A DNA stretch of 64,000 nt from Candidatus Obscuribacterales bacterium (GTDB taxonomy: Bacteria > Cyanobacteriota > Vampirovibrionia > Obscuribacterales > Obscuribacteraceae), in assembly GCA_965228855.1 (NCBI GenBank), contig CBDDIJ010000002.1:1088001-1152000 (forward strand), in the 5' to 3' direction. Below are positions 48,744 to 59,906 of this stretch, piece after piece; positions within the stretch are counted from its first letter, which is position 1, and each line of letters begins with the position of its first letter. Both the position numbers and the translations under genes were made by a program. The notes under the pieces are model-generated. The model worked only from the letters and a program-made list of their open reading frames with translations. It searched no databases and had not been told where the DNA came from.

Positions 48744-49115
48744 ATGAAATTCGCGACTCAGTTTTGTTTAGGTTTGATACTAGCGGGTTCCGTTTGCGGA
48801 CCGGCTTTTGCGGAAGGAGCCAAGGTGGATATTAGAGGAAACATTTCGAGTGTTCAGAAAACGAACCCCAACAACCAGGGTGTGTTCGGGACGGTTTTGA
48901 TAGAAGGCAAAATCGAGAAGGACACAGGCTTTGACAAGGCTAGCGTTCGCATCACCAAGAGTACGAAACTGCTGGAGCGAAAAGACGGACGCGAGGTCGC
49001 GATCAAGTTCGAAGATCTGAAAGTTGGTCAAAGAGTGGAAGCGGCATTCGACGGTCCGGTGGCGGAATCTTACCCCGTTCAGACCAATGCGGGTCGGCTG
49101 GTTGTGCTGAAGTAG
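48744..49115 (+). CDS. Secreted DUF3221/YobA-like OB-fold protein
   Basis: Signal peptide; FEDLKVGQRVEAAFDGPVAESYPVQ. Confidence 0.75.
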   Translation: MKFATQFCLGLILAGSVCGPAFAEGAKVDIRGNISSVQKTNPNNQGVFGTVLIEGKIEKDTGFDKASVRITKSTKLLERKDGREVAIKFEDLKVGQRVEAAFDGPVAESYPVQTNAGRLVVLK

Positions 49116-49329
49116 GCGCGATAAGCTCGCCTGCAACTAAGCTGGAGTCCGAGCTGCGTTGAGCAGGGCTCTAGGAACGATTTGGAATTTGAGAACGGGT
49201 GGCTGTCAAGAGTTGCTCGCTAAATGTTTTAACACGAATTTCCTGCTAGTCTGTCTGGATGCTTTCAAATTGCTGCCGTTTCGAACGTCCAATTTTGAGC
49301 GTACTCGACTGCAGCACAGCTCCTGATGG

Positions 49330-52300
49330 GTGAAAAATTCAATGACTTCTCAAAACTCCAGACTGTATCTTTTGACCAGCCTTGCGTCATCGCTAGTCGC
49401 CGCCTCATTGCCGCTCACAGCGGGTAGCGCGCACGCTGACAACGACCGGTCCGCGATTCGCATTGACAATTTACAGGCTAGAGAAACCTTGCGTATGATG
49501 CGCGTGGAAGCCCATCAACAGCGCATCCAGCAGCGCATCGAGAGTCGCTCTGAGCGCGCAAATGTTTCACATCACCTCGCACTTCCCAATGTTAGCGGTG
49601 TGCTTCATGAGCGACATCAGGGCAGAACGACACGCCTTGAGCATGCCGACAATCTGCGATTACAACGCCATTCGAATCCTGTCACGAGAAACACTGCAGT
49701 TTTGTTTCCGGGTCAGGTGTCGACATTTCATACGCAGCGACCGCTCGGTACTGGAAGTACTTTCATCAACGACGCAGGCAAAAGCCGGCAATTGACGCGA
49801 GGTCTTTCACTCGACCTTTCGTCCACCAATGAAAACATAACCGTCGGCGAAGGATTGTTTGATGGCACCATAACTATCACTGTCGGTGGCGCGGATAAAA
49901 CCATTGCAGCCGGCAGCAAGGTAACCGCAGCTGAATATGCGGCTTTGACTCAAAAACTATCTACCGGTACCCAAACACTTTTGCTTGGTACTAATGGTGC
50001 TGCCGATGGTGGTAGCCTCAACCTCAATTCGGTGAGCGACGGCGGTTCAACAATTCGCGCTTCGGGACTGGTGGTCCCTGCTAACGTGACAGTGACCGGG
50101 GATTTCGCAAGATCCGCCGATGGTTTGCGCGTCACCAAAGATGTTGTGAACTTCGGCTCGATTGTGGCAACCTCCTCAGACGAGAAAACCAACACCGCGA
50201 TTATCTCCGCCCGAGATGTCGACAACGGGCTGGGCGCGTCAATCTCGTCGCAATCCAGTGCCACAAATCCGACTCTCAACCTGGCAGTCCGAGCTGATCG
50301 CGATCTAAACAATGATGGTTCAATCACAAGCGCCGGAAGTTTGGAAATCTCAGCAGGCAGATTGATCAATAACACGGGACTTCTGAGCGCCACTGCAGGT
50401 GATATCACCTTCTCGACCCCGGACAACACGATTCTGAGCATAAACAGTTCCGGCGGAACCGTAAGTGCGCTCAACGGCGCAATCAACATTCGTGGCGCTG
50501 ACTACACTGGAAATTCGGACAGCAACGTCTTCGGTGGCAACTTCTATTCGCGTGATTTGAACATCAACGCGGGGCAAGCGACCGCAAACTTGAAGGTTGG
50601 CGAAGTTACAGGTAAAGTGAATTCCACCGGTCTCGCCGCTCATGTCAGCACTGATACCGATACACTCGTAATCGGAACGCAATGTCTAACAGGTGACCCG
50701 ACTTATTACAACACTGGGGACATCGTCCTGGGCGGAGACATATCCGTTGGTGAGGACCTGGCGATCATTGCCGGGGGCGATATCACCACCAACCAAACAA
50801 CGCTGAATATCAGTACGACCGATCTCCTCGGCTTAGCTCACAATATCTACATTGTCGCTGGCGCCAATATCACCGCCGGAGCGGGACCGACTCCCAATCC
50901 GCTGCCGGGGCAACCGTTCGGCTCTCCCACCGGTAACGCTACGTCGCCTGTCACCATATCCGGTGGCGATGTGGACGGTGGAAGCATTGATCTAACCGGC
51001 GCCACCGGAGGAGTATCCATTTCCGCGATTGCGACCAACGCTGGCTCTGCAGGCGGCAACGTTGTGATTGCTGCATTCAATGGCGGCGGCACCGGTGGTC
51101 AGGTGTCACTGCCCACTAACTCAAGTGTCAATTCGTCCGGCGCCGGCAGTGGCAACAATGGCAATATCACAGTGGTAGCCGGTTCGCAGACTGGCACCGG
51201 GATTCAACTTGGTGCAATAAACGCTCATGACGGCTCAGGCATCAACGCCAATACCGGCGTTGTCTCTATCGTGAACGCTCAACCGACCTCTAGCGATGGG
51301 CTACCGATCACATTTGGCACCAATGGCAGCATCACTAGCGGAAACAGCATCACGGGCTCGTCCACTCTTACCGGTGGTAATACCATTTTAGGACAAATCG
51401 ACGCGAGGGAAGCGAGAATATCTGCGGGTAACAGTCTTAGTGTCTCCCAAATCACTGCTTCCTCGACTTCGTTAACAGCACTGGGACCGATTTCGTTGAC
51501 CGGCAATTTAGACGCCATTCAATCGCTCATCGTAGTCTCTTCGAAAGGAATTTCAACGGGCTCTATAACAATCGATACCAGCAACCTCGTGTCCGGTCCC
51601 GCGGGAAATATCGTTATGGCCGCAGGCGCGACTTTCACGGAGACCGCGACCGGAGTAACAATCACTGGCGCTTCGAGTTTTGCTAGTGAGCTCGATTTGA
51701 ACAACGTCACATCAATTGATTCGAGAAGCACCACGAGCTCCGGCGGCAGCTTGACGTTGCTTGCATTTGAAAACGGTGGCGGTGGTCACGTTGCATATTC
51801 GGGCGCGGCGGTGTCGACAGCGGGAGGAGGAACTGGCGGTAGTGTCACCATAATTGGCGGCGCCAATTCCGGTAACTCAGTGGCGTTCAATGCAGCTTTG
51901 ACTACATCGAGTTCAGTTGCAGGAGCGGGAGCGGTAACCCTGCTTTCGGCGACACCGCAGTCCGCTGGACCAATTTCGAAGACGACGGGTTTGTATAGCG
52001 GCACGTTCGCCGACGAGAGTGCCCTCACAGGTGGTGCTATCCAGGCGCTGGATATTTCGACCAACGCGAATATCGTCGTTAAGACCAACGGCGATTTGCA
52101 GACGCAAAATCTGAATTCAAATATTGGTGGGGGTCAGGCCAATGCTGGAAACATCAATCTAGTTTCTGGTGTCGCCAGCGACTTTTCCGTTTCCAACATT
52201 TCTGCCAATGGAAGTGGTACCGGTAATGGGGGCTCCGTTAACATTTCCGCGGGAAGCGGAGCTTCTTTCGGATTGGGTAACATTTCCGCAAATAGCGGTA

Positions 52301-55300
52301 GCACAGGCGTTGGTGGAACCGCAGGAAACATATTCATCTCTGCAAACAGAAGTACTGCGTTGACCTTTCCGAGTTCAGTTACCGCACAGGGGCTAGGGAC
52401 GAGTGGCTCCGGTGGGTTTGTCTCTCTGCAAAACACCGGATCTGGTGGGATTAGCTTAAACTCGAGTGCTGTAAACTTTCACGGCAATGGCAATAGTGGA
52501 AGTGTCATAGTCAATGCTGGGACCGGAGCAATCACAAATCTTGGCGGCATCAATTTCAATGCGCAAGCTGGTTCTGCGGGCTTCAGCGACGGCTCGATCA
52601 GCTTATCCGGTTCTACTATCACGGTGACAGGCGGAAACCTGATTCTAGATGCGTCAGGACACACAAATGGTTTCATCCAGGTAGCGACCAGCACCGGCAA
52701 TGTTTCGGTGGGTGGAGTATTCTCCGCCCTCTCAAGCGATATCGTTGACCTTCAACTCAACAACCACTCTCTGACCGTTGGCGGTGCCATCGCAGGCTCA
52801 ATAACCGTAACGGCTGGTAACTTGATTAATGTTGCAGGGACTCTCAGCTCGAAGCCTACAGGCACCAATGCCGGTGGCGGAGATATTTTCCTCACTTCCG
52901 GCGATCAAGTATCGGTGAACAATATCGTAGCGGATGGAGATGGTAGCGGTACTGGTGGCACAGTCGACATAACCTCCGGCGCCTCGGGAATGACGATTAA
53001 TACAATCTCTTCCAACAGCACGGGTACAAGGGGAACGGTGCATCTCACGGCCAACGATGGCGATATCGAAATATTCTCAGGAGTTACGTCCGACGTTCTG
53101 ACTGTCGCCTTGAACGGTACCACTGGCGGTACTGCCACAATCGGCAGTAGCAACGTCCTCAGACTCGGCGCCTCGGGTACTGGTGAGTTAGTTTTCAGCA
53201 ATGGCAACAATGCGTTAAGCATCGCCTCGCCCGGAATCAGCGGGACCATGAACGTTTCGTTGACCACCAACAGTCCCGCTGGAATTACGAATGACAACTC
53301 AATAAACATCACTGGCACAGTTTCGATGTTTACTTCAAAGTTGACGAACACCGGAAGCATTTCGGCTGATTCAATCCTCGTTCAAAGTGTTGGTGATTTG
53401 ACAATCGACGGCGGCGCTGGTTCGCCTGGAACAATGACCGGCACCGTACCATCTGCCGGCTCTCCAGGTAACCCAAGCTCTCCGGCGGCGATTCAATTTA
53501 TCACCGGCACTGGTGCCAATCTGAATCTGCAAAACAAGATAACCTTTACCGGAGACGTTCTGCTGAGCAATACCGGTGGCACGACCACATCTGCCAATAA
53601 CTCGCTGTTTACCGGAACAAACAACATCTCTCTCGACACGCTTTTCTACAATCAAACCGGCAATGGAACGATCGTCGCCAACGCCTTTATCTTCTCCGGA
53701 ATTTCCATCATTAACACGAGCGGCGATGTGACACTTCTTAGCGATGCTGTTTTCACCGGACGCGATTTGGTTATAGCCGCTAGCGGCAATGTCAATCTGG
53801 GCAATTTTTCGATAAACACATCCAGTAATTCCGGTAACGGCGGAGACGTTGCAATAATCGCCGGCTTCACAATTACTCCGGCATTGGCTGGAGGGCAGCA
53901 GTTCTCGCAAGGTGACTTCTTTGTCGATACGCCATCAGGAAGCGGTGTTGGCAACATTACGATCACAGGCGGCGGCAACATCAACACCAGCGCTACCGGC
54001 GCAAGCGGCGATGCGGGGAGCGTCCTTGTCGTCGCACGAGGCTCGATTGATCTCAAGGACATTACAGCAACATCCAATGCTGGAAGCGGCAGCGCAGTTA
54101 CAATCATTGGACAGGGGGTCACTACTGGTAGTATCGACTCGAGAGGCGCTACCGGAGACGGTGCCGTATTGATCGACTCCTCGACACCAGTACCTGCCAA
54201 TTCGACTCCGGTAGAATTCAATGCAGGTGCCATCGTCGACGGCTCCTTCGTGCCAAGCTTCGCCAATCGTGGTGACATTAGCGTTGCGAGCATTTCAGCC
54301 GACCAGGCGAGCATCAGTTTAAACACAGCCGCTCATGCAACTACGGTTTCCGGCACTTTAAGTGCGCATGCGATTTCGTTGAGTTCAGGCACTATTACAT
54401 TCACAAATACCGATACCCTTGCCGCTCTTACTGACGCGTCCGGAAATGGTGGCTCTGTTGGCGTGTTCGTTGACAGTTCCGTCATCGTAAATGGACCAAC
54501 CTTCAAAGTTCAGGCAAATGGAACTGGCACCGGTGATGGTGGCACTATCAACTACTACAACAAATCGGCATTTGTTATCAGTGACTCGGGCGATGTTCAA
54601 TTTGCCGCAAGCGCCCCAGGAGCGGGTGGCAGTCTCTTTGTCACCTCGGAATCGGATATAACGGTTGGCAGTAACGGAATAGTTCTCCTGGGTAGTAACG
54701 GGAATGGTTCAAATATTCAGCTAGAAGCCAGCCCATTCAGTGCGCCTGGAAATCTGATTATTACCGATACTAACTTCCTCGCTGCTGCAGATGCGCACGG
54801 AGCTCAGGGAGACGGTGGCTCGATTTATCTGGGTGGTCGGACGATAACATCCCCGAACAGCTTCTCGTCGCCGCTCCAACTGTCCGCTAATGGCGTTGGT
54901 ACCGGAAATGGTGGGTCCATAACCTATAACGTCCTCAACGATCTAACGCCGCTATACATCGGCGCGCCATCGAAACAGCCGAAGTCCGGAAACTTCCTTG
55001 CAATCAGCGCTGAGAGCGGAATAAACGGTGGAGATGGCGGCGACGTTCAGGTTGTGACCGGCGGAAGTTTGTACGTAGACACTTCGGCTATGACCATCGC
55101 TCCGCGCTCGAGTGTCGGTAACTGGGACGGCTCCAATATCAATCTACAAGCCGGCTTCACGGTGGCGCCGAAGGATGGATCTTTGAGAATCCTCGGCGAT
55201 ATCAGTACAAGCGGCGTAAATAATGGCGACGCTGGTTTCCTCAATTTGACTTCAAACAGCAAAAAAGCGTTCGAAATTGGAACATCCAAATTGCCCAAGA

Positions 55301-56931
55301 ACGGGATTCAAGGAACGATCTCGGCTAACTACATAGCAAATAGCGCTTTCGTCAGCATCACCAACAACGGCGGTAGTATTGCCTTTGACCGAAGCGATGC
55401 GCTCAATACCAACTATGCGATCATCGACGTCAATGGCAAAGGCACAATCACCGCAGGCAAAGGCGTCACGGTGACCGTGGCTCGGCTCGAACTCGTTTCC
55501 GAGAACGGAAATATCGGAAAGAAACCCCTCATGGTGGACTCGTCAGAGCTTACATTGAATAGTTCAGGAGCCTCGATAAATGTTATGGACGTTCACAGCG
55601 GCAACGTCACGCTACAAAACGCTCACGCTGCCGGAGATTTCACGCTAAACACCGCGAACGGTTTGCGCGTAACGCAGGACATTGATACTGATGCCGGCGA
55701 CATTAGTCTCACGACAAACAACAATGCGATTGAAATCGAAACTCAGACAATTACGGCGAATAACGGTTCGCTAACGCTTGCAGCTTTGAGCACCACTAAT
55801 GGTTCCATCGACATCGCTGGTGGTTCTGTGATCGAGACTCAAGGTAAGGGCGGACAGGTTGTAATCGCAATCGGTGCACCTCCGAAAAAGGGCGTCGGGC
55901 CGAATACATTAGCGGGTTTCACGGTGACTCCGACGGGCAAAGGTAACGCGTACTTCGGTCTCGACACGAGCAACATCATCAGTGGTGGAACTGTTGATGT
56001 TCTCGCGACTAACAAGAACGTTGTTTTCAGCAATCTAACCACAACCGGCGGACAAATTACGATTGGCGATGCAACAACCATCGAGGCGGACCCGCCGTCA
56101 AAAATCATGACAGCGCCCATAACTGCCACCTTGAACTTGTTGCCTCAAGACAACGTTGCTTCAACTTTGAGTTTGCCGGTGGCTTCTACACCGGAGGTCG
56201 CTCTCGGTCACCCTCAAATTGAAACAAATAACGTCAACATGCTCACCGCGATCATCGGCACCATCGGCGGTTTTATGGAAACTAGCGCTGCTGGCCAAAC
56301 GAACGGCGCTATACTCAACGGTGGAATAGCAGTTCAAGATGGAACCGCTGGGATGGGGTCTCCTCTAACTGTGAACGCTAGAGTTGTCGCCAACTCAAGT
56401 GATTTGACCGGCTCCGAGTTGAGTGAAAACATCCTGTTCGCACCCACCTCAGACGTTTCAATTGAAACCGGATACGGTGCCCTTACCGTTTCCGCCGGCT
56501 CGGTTGTGATTATGGCGAAGACGAGACATGGTGTTGCGGTTTACGATTTGCATGACCATGGACGAAACAGCGTGGTTGTTCACACAGCAGGTAAGCGCAT
56601 CAGTCTATCGCCAGGAAGGCATCTGACCATCGACAGTCGCGTCACGCACAATTTCGCAAGCGTAAACGCCCTCGAACTTGTTCAGCACCGTGGACTCGAG
56701 CAAACAAAGCTACAAAATGGATGGAATGTTTTCGCTTCGGAGTTTTCGCTTCCATCAGCATGCTATGCCGTAAAACCGCTGAGTGAACTGATGAATTCTA
56801 CTGACGCAAACGGTCTCAAACTTGCGAAGAAGATTATCAAAACGACTGCTGTTTTGATGATGCTAAATCCGGACAGAGGGGATTTCGTTCAACACTTCAA
56901 CCCAAGCGTAACGGCGATGCAAACCAGATAG
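49330..56931 (+). CDS. Giant secreted beta-solenoid (haemagglutinin-like) surface protein, paralogue of 22772-28987
   Basis: 2533 aa; signal ending AHA; shares LDLSS, QCLTGDPTY, ADPP and the C-terminal VY.LHD/LPSA/KTTAVLM blocks. Confidence 0.8.
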   Translation: MKNSMTSQNSRLYLLTSLASSLVAASLPLTAGSAHADNDRSAIRIDNLQARETLRMMRVEAHQQRIQQRIESRSERANVSHHLALPNVSGVLHERHQGRTTRLEHADNLRLQRHSNPVTRNTAVLFPGQVSTFHTQRPLGTGSTFINDAGKSRQLTRGLSLDLSSTNENITVGEGLFDGTITITVGGADKTIAAGSKVTAAEYAALTQKLSTGTQTLLLGTNGAADGGSLNLNSVSDGGSTIRASGLVVPANVTVTGDFARSADGLRVTKDVVNFGSIVATSSDEKTNTAIISARDVDNGLGASISSQSSATNPTLNLAVRADRDLNNDGSITSAGSLEISAGRLINNTGLLSATAGDITFSTPDNTILSINSSGGTVSALNGAINIRGADYTGNSDSNVFGGNFYSRDLNINAGQATANLKVGEVTGKVNSTGLAAHVSTDTDTLVIGTQCLTGDPTYYNTGDIVLGGDISVGEDLAIIAGGDITTNQTTLNISTTDLLGLAHNIYIVAGANITAGAGPTPNPLPGQPFGSPTGNATSPVTISGGDVDGGSIDLTGATGGVSISAIATNAGSAGGNVVIAAFNGGGTGGQVSLPTNSSVNSSGAGSGNNGNITVVAGSQTGTGIQLGAINAHDGSGINANTGVVSIVNAQPTSSDGLPITFGTNGSITSGNSITGSSTLTGGNTILGQIDAREARISAGNSLSVSQITASSTSLTALGPISLTGNLDAIQSLIVVSSKGISTGSITIDTSNLVSGPAGNIVMAAGATFTETATGVTITGASSFASELDLNNVTSIDSRSTTSSGGSLTLLAFENGGGGHVAYSGAAVSTAGGGTGGSVTIIGGANSGNSVAFNAALTTSSSVAGAGAVTLLSATPQSAGPISKTTGLYSGTFADESALTGGAIQALDISTNANIVVKTNGDLQTQNLNSNIGGGQANAGNINLVSGVASDFSVSNISANGSGTGNGGSVNISAGSGASFGLGNISANSGSTGVGGTAGNIFISANRSTALTFPSSVTAQGLGTSGSGGFVSLQNTGSGGISLNSSAVNFHGNGNSGSVIVNAGTGAITNLGGINFNAQAGSAGFSDGSISLSGSTITVTGGNLILDASGHTNGFIQVATSTGNVSVGGVFSALSSDIVDLQLNNHSLTVGGAIAGSITVTAGNLINVAGTLSSKPTGTNAGGGDIFLTSGDQVSVNNIVADGDGSGTGGTVDITSGASGMTINTISSNSTGTRGTVHLTANDGDIEIFSGVTSDVLTVALNGTTGGTATIGSSNVLRLGASGTGELVFSNGNNALSIASPGISGTMNVSLTTNSPAGITNDNSINITGTVSMFTSKLTNTGSISADSILVQSVGDLTIDGGAGSPGTMTGTVPSAGSPGNPSSPAAIQFITGTGANLNLQNKITFTGDVLLSNTGGTTTSANNSLFTGTNNISLDTLFYNQTGNGTIVANAFIFSGISIINTSGDVTLLSDAVFTGRDLVIAASGNVNLGNFSINTSSNSGNGGDVAIIAGFTITPALAGGQQFSQGDFFVDTPSGSGVGNITITGGGNINTSATGASGDAGSVLVVARGSIDLKDITATSNAGSGSAVTIIGQGVTTGSIDSRGATGDGAVLIDSSTPVPANSTPVEFNAGAIVDGSFVPSFANRGDISVASISADQASISLNTAAHATTVSGTLSAHAISLSSGTITFTNTDTLAALTDASGNGGSVGVFVDSSVIVNGPTFKVQANGTGTGDGGTINYYNKSAFVISDSGDVQFAASAPGAGGSLFVTSESDITVGSNGIVLLGSNGNGSNIQLEASPFSAPGNLIITDTNFLAAADAHGAQGDGGSIYLGGRTITSPNSFSSPLQLSANGVGTGNGGSITYNVLNDLTPLYIGAPSKQPKSGNFLAISAESGINGGDGGDVQVVTGGSLYVDTSAMTIAPRSSVGNWDGSNINLQAGFTVAPKDGSLRILGDISTSGVNNGDAGFLNLTSNSKKAFEIGTSKLPKNGIQGTISANYIANSAFVSITNNGGSIAFDRSDALNTNYAIIDVNGKGTITAGKGVTVTVARLELVSENGNIGKKPLMVDSSELTLNSSGASINVMDVHSGNVTLQNAHAAGDFTLNTANGLRVTQDIDTDAGDISLTTNNNAIEIETQTITANNGSLTLAALSTTNGSIDIAGGSVIETQGKGGQVVIAIGAPPKKGVGPNTLAGFTVTPTGKGNAYFGLDTSNIISGGTVDVLATNKNVVFSNLTTTGGQITIGDATTIEADPPSKIMTAPITATLNLLPQDNVASTLSLPVASTPEVALGHPQIETNNVNMLTAIIGTIGGFMETSAAGQTNGAILNGGIAVQDGTAGMGSPLTVNARVVANSSDLTGSELSENILFAPTSDVSIETGYGALTVSAGSVVIMAKTRHGVAVYDLHDHGRNSVVVHTAGKRISLSPGRHLTIDSRVTHNFASVNALELVQHRGLEQTKLQNGWNVFASEFSLPSACYAVKPLSELMNSTDANGLKLAKKIIKTTAVLMMLNPDRGDFVQHFNPSVTAMQTR

Positions 56932-56979
56932 CGCGCTTGTTAGAATTAAGAGATGGGACGGTACGCGTAGCGTGAGGAT

Positions 56980-57561
56980 ATGGAGCCTGTAAAAGTTGCT
57001 GCCGGCAAAATTTATACTGTCGGGCACTCAAATCACAGTACTGAAAGGTTTTTAGACCTTCTAGCCGAGCATGGAATCGATGTGCTGGTTGATGTGCGTT
57101 CAGCTCCGTATACGAAATACTCGGTGCATTTTAATCGCGAATTTCTGGAACGTTCGATTAAAACCGCCGGTCTGAAGTACCTTTTCTTTGGCAATGAGTT
57201 GGGTGGGATGCCCAAGAATTCAGCGTTTTACGATGAAGACGGATACGTGCTTTATTGGAAAATCGCGGAGTCGAAACCGTTTATTGAAACAATCGAAAGA
57301 TTGAAAAAGGGCGCTTCACTATATACAGTGGCATTGATGTGCGGTGAGGAGAATCCAACGCATTGCCACCGGCGGTTGTTGATCGGGCGTGTCCTGGAAG
57401 AGAGCGGTATCGAGGTTCTGCATATCAGGGCGAATGGCTCGATAGAGACCGAGAAAGAAATTACGGAAAAAGACGAACCCAAAGCGATTCAGATGACATT
57501 CTTTTCCGAACCGGTGGAGGAAACCCCCTGGCGTTCTTCCCACGCAGTTCGACGGGATTGA
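56980..57561 (+). CDS. DUF488 family protein
   Basis: YTVGHSNH, LVDVRS.P, ELGG, LMCGEE.P.HCHR. Confidence 0.9.
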   Translation: MEPVKVAAGKIYTVGHSNHSTERFLDLLAEHGIDVLVDVRSAPYTKYSVHFNREFLERSIKTAGLKYLFFGNELGGMPKNSAFYDEDGYVLYWKIAESKPFIETIERLKKGASLYTVALMCGEENPTHCHRRLLIGRVLEESGIEVLHIRANGSIETEKEITEKDEPKAIQMTFFSEPVEETPWRSSHAVRRD

Positions 57562-57788
57562 GCGTCGAGGTGCGTGGGGAAGCCCTCGAATCAGGACCTC
57601 TTATGGTTTCGAGTCTTCTGCACTGTCCTTAACCCCAGTTTTTGTTCGGTATGAATGAGCTGGATTCGGATCGATCTTTGAGGAATGCTTAATTAAACGA
57701 CTGGATGTCAAGCGGTCGCATACAATCGTGCAATCGATGATTCAAGAAACATCGAACGTTGCTATAAAAGTCCGGAGGTCGGCGCGAT

Positions 57789-58574
57789 ATGAGTGGATTA
57801 TCCAATTATTCTTTGATGATGGATGTGATTTCCCGGCTGGCAGCGGAGGACGAAGCTGCGTCTAAGGTCGGCATGACGCCTGCATTTGCGCCCGTCCCTG
57901 CGCACCCCTTTGCGGAAAAACTGCCTCGTCGCGAGTCAGATCTTTGCGCCAAGTCCAACGAACTGAGCTTCGCTCCACCGCCCAGCACTGCCCATGCCGT
58001 CAGCCTGTCGACTGATGACGCTAGCGTGCAGGTGAAGTTGTTTGACATGGGAATGAATAGACGACCCGCGAGGACCGCGCGCACAACACTGGTTTCAACA
58101 CCCAGTCTTGTTGATACCACGATGCAAGAGCGAAGAGTTGCACAGATCGATCAGGTCATGCGCGATCTTGAAAGCACGCCTGGGTTCTGGAATAACGCGG
58201 AATTGCTGCTGCAAGACTCTTGGCTAAACGGATATCGCGGAACCTTTTTCGAACAGAAAGAAGATTTCGGCGGTGCTTCAGAGTGCTATCAGCGAGCCCT
58301 CAAGCTATACGCCCTGGCACTGAGGGCAGATCGTCTAACGGCAAAATCGAGTCCGCATATCGTCTCCTACTATTTCCTTTTGAAGAGATACGCCAGTGTT
58401 CTTTGTGATTCGCGCTTGCCGCAAGAGCTCGTCGATATGCGGATAGTTAGCCGGATTCACCAGCAATTGGAAATCATTCGAGCCGAACGTGAGAAGTGGG
58501 GAATGAAGAATATCGAGCTTGAAGATGAGCCGTTTATCTATGCCGATACGATAATGAAAGTGCTCAGTCTCTAG
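57789..58574 (+). CDS. Hypothetical protein with one TPR-like segment
   Basis: GGAGG RBS; GTFFEQKEDFGGASECYQRAL. Confidence 0.6.
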   Translation: MSGLSNYSLMMDVISRLAAEDEAASKVGMTPAFAPVPAHPFAEKLPRRESDLCAKSNELSFAPPPSTAHAVSLSTDDASVQVKLFDMGMNRRPARTARTTLVSTPSLVDTTMQERRVAQIDQVMRDLESTPGFWNNAELLLQDSWLNGYRGTFFEQKEDFGGASECYQRALKLYALALRADRLTAKSSPHIVSYYFLLKRYASVLCDSRLPQELVDMRIVSRIHQQLEIIRAEREKWGMKNIELEDEPFIYADTIMKVLSL

Positions 58575-58647
58575 TTTCGCACGCAAAGGTTTGACAGGTA
58601 AGGGTAACGAGGTTCGCGAAAGCGACCTCGTTTTACAAGTCATCAAT

Positions 58648-59751
58648 TTACTGGTGCGCAGGTTTGATTGGTGGTGCTACAGGTGGTGCGCCATCCGCCG
58701 GTGGAGCGCCGATTGACGGCGCACTATTTGTGGTTTTCGGCGAGGACGCAGGCGCGTTTCGCTTCTGAACCGCGATCGCCGCTTTAATCATTGCCGGACC
58801 GTCGTCCATGAGAGTGATGCCTGTTTTGCCCGGTGCGAATTTCAGCGCTTCGTTCAATTGTTCGAGCCGTTTCGTCAAGTGCATTGCCGGTGTCGTAGTT
58901 CCAAACACCTGCACCTCGCACCAGGCTACTTTGGTCAGGAACTTCGCGCTGTCCGGCGGCGGGTCTTTCTGGTAAATGGCCGGATCTTCCGGAGGCGGCG
59001 CGGGTTGTTGCGATTGTTGATTTGCCGGATCGTCCGGCGGAAGGTCCGCCCGATTGCGAACTCTGACACCACCAAATCCAGGAACACCAAAGCCGGCAAG
59101 ATTCAACAATCCTGTGCCCACCATTGTTCCGTACTTGCGCAGGTTGTTGGTACCGCCACTGGTGCCACCTCCGCCGCTACCACCCCCGCCACTTCCGTCG
59201 TCGACGTTCTCGCCGCTCATCCCCATCGCTTTGTATGTTTGTTCCTGCTGTTCTTCCAGCTTTTGCGCCGGTTTGATGTGCAACTTCTTTTCTGCGTAAC
59301 TGTCAAGCGCATCTGTTCGAGCGCTTAAGTCAGGATTCTTGGAAGCGGCTCCGAACGCCGCTGTTTCAAGCCGGCTCAAGCGCGCTTCGATTGTGTCGTT
59401 GAGATAGGTCTTATGCAGAATTGCGTTTTCCAGTTCCGTAATATGCGGATAGTCGCCGCGGTCCGCCTGCGCCTGGTCGGGGTCGACATCATCCTGCGAG
59501 TAATCCTGTCCCTGATCCGCGTTCTGATCTTGCGAACTGTTTTGCGTCTGCGAATTGTCAGTCGATTGCGGATAGTCCGGCGCTTGATTGCGGTAGTCGT
59601 TGTGTTCGACGCCGGCGCTTTTGTCGACAGTGGTTGCGTCGGCTTGTGGTCCGGAGAACAAGTCGGTATCCGCCGTCGCCGCGGGCGGGTGGAATGACTG
59701 ATGAAGGAGACCGACGCTGAGACCGAGAACCAACCAATTGAGTTTTCGCAT
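58648..59751 (-). CDS. Secreted hypothetical protein with repeated LE...RL..L helical units
   Basis: Signal peptide; acidic/Gln and Pro/Gly linkers. Confidence 0.7.
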   Translation of the reverse strand: MRKLNWLVLGLSVGLLHQSFHPPAATADTDLFSGPQADATTVDKSAGVEHNDYRNQAPDYPQSTDNSQTQNSSQDQNADQGQDYSQDDVDPDQAQADRGDYPHITELENAILHKTYLNDTIEARLSRLETAAFGAASKNPDLSARTDALDSYAEKKLHIKPAQKLEEQQEQTYKAMGMSGENVDDGSGGGGSGGGGTSGGTNNLRKYGTMVGTGLLNLAGFGVPGFGGVRVRNRADLPPDDPANQQSQQPAPPPEDPAIYQKDPPPDSAKFLTKVAWCEVQVFGTTTPAMHLTKRLEQLNEALKFAPGKTGITLMDDGPAMIKAAIAVQKRNAPASSPKTTNSAPSIGAPPADGAPPVAPPIKPAHQ

Positions 59752-59906
59752 ATTCGCCTGCAGACCGTGTTATCGCGCGTGAGGCATCTATTTTAGACCA
59801 TCAGAGGTTGGATTAAAGGTGTCGGTTATGTATCATATGTCTTACAAATATAGGCGAATCGCCTGGCGTCTTTGGCATTTTTCAATAGCATTCAACGGTT
59901 TCGGGC

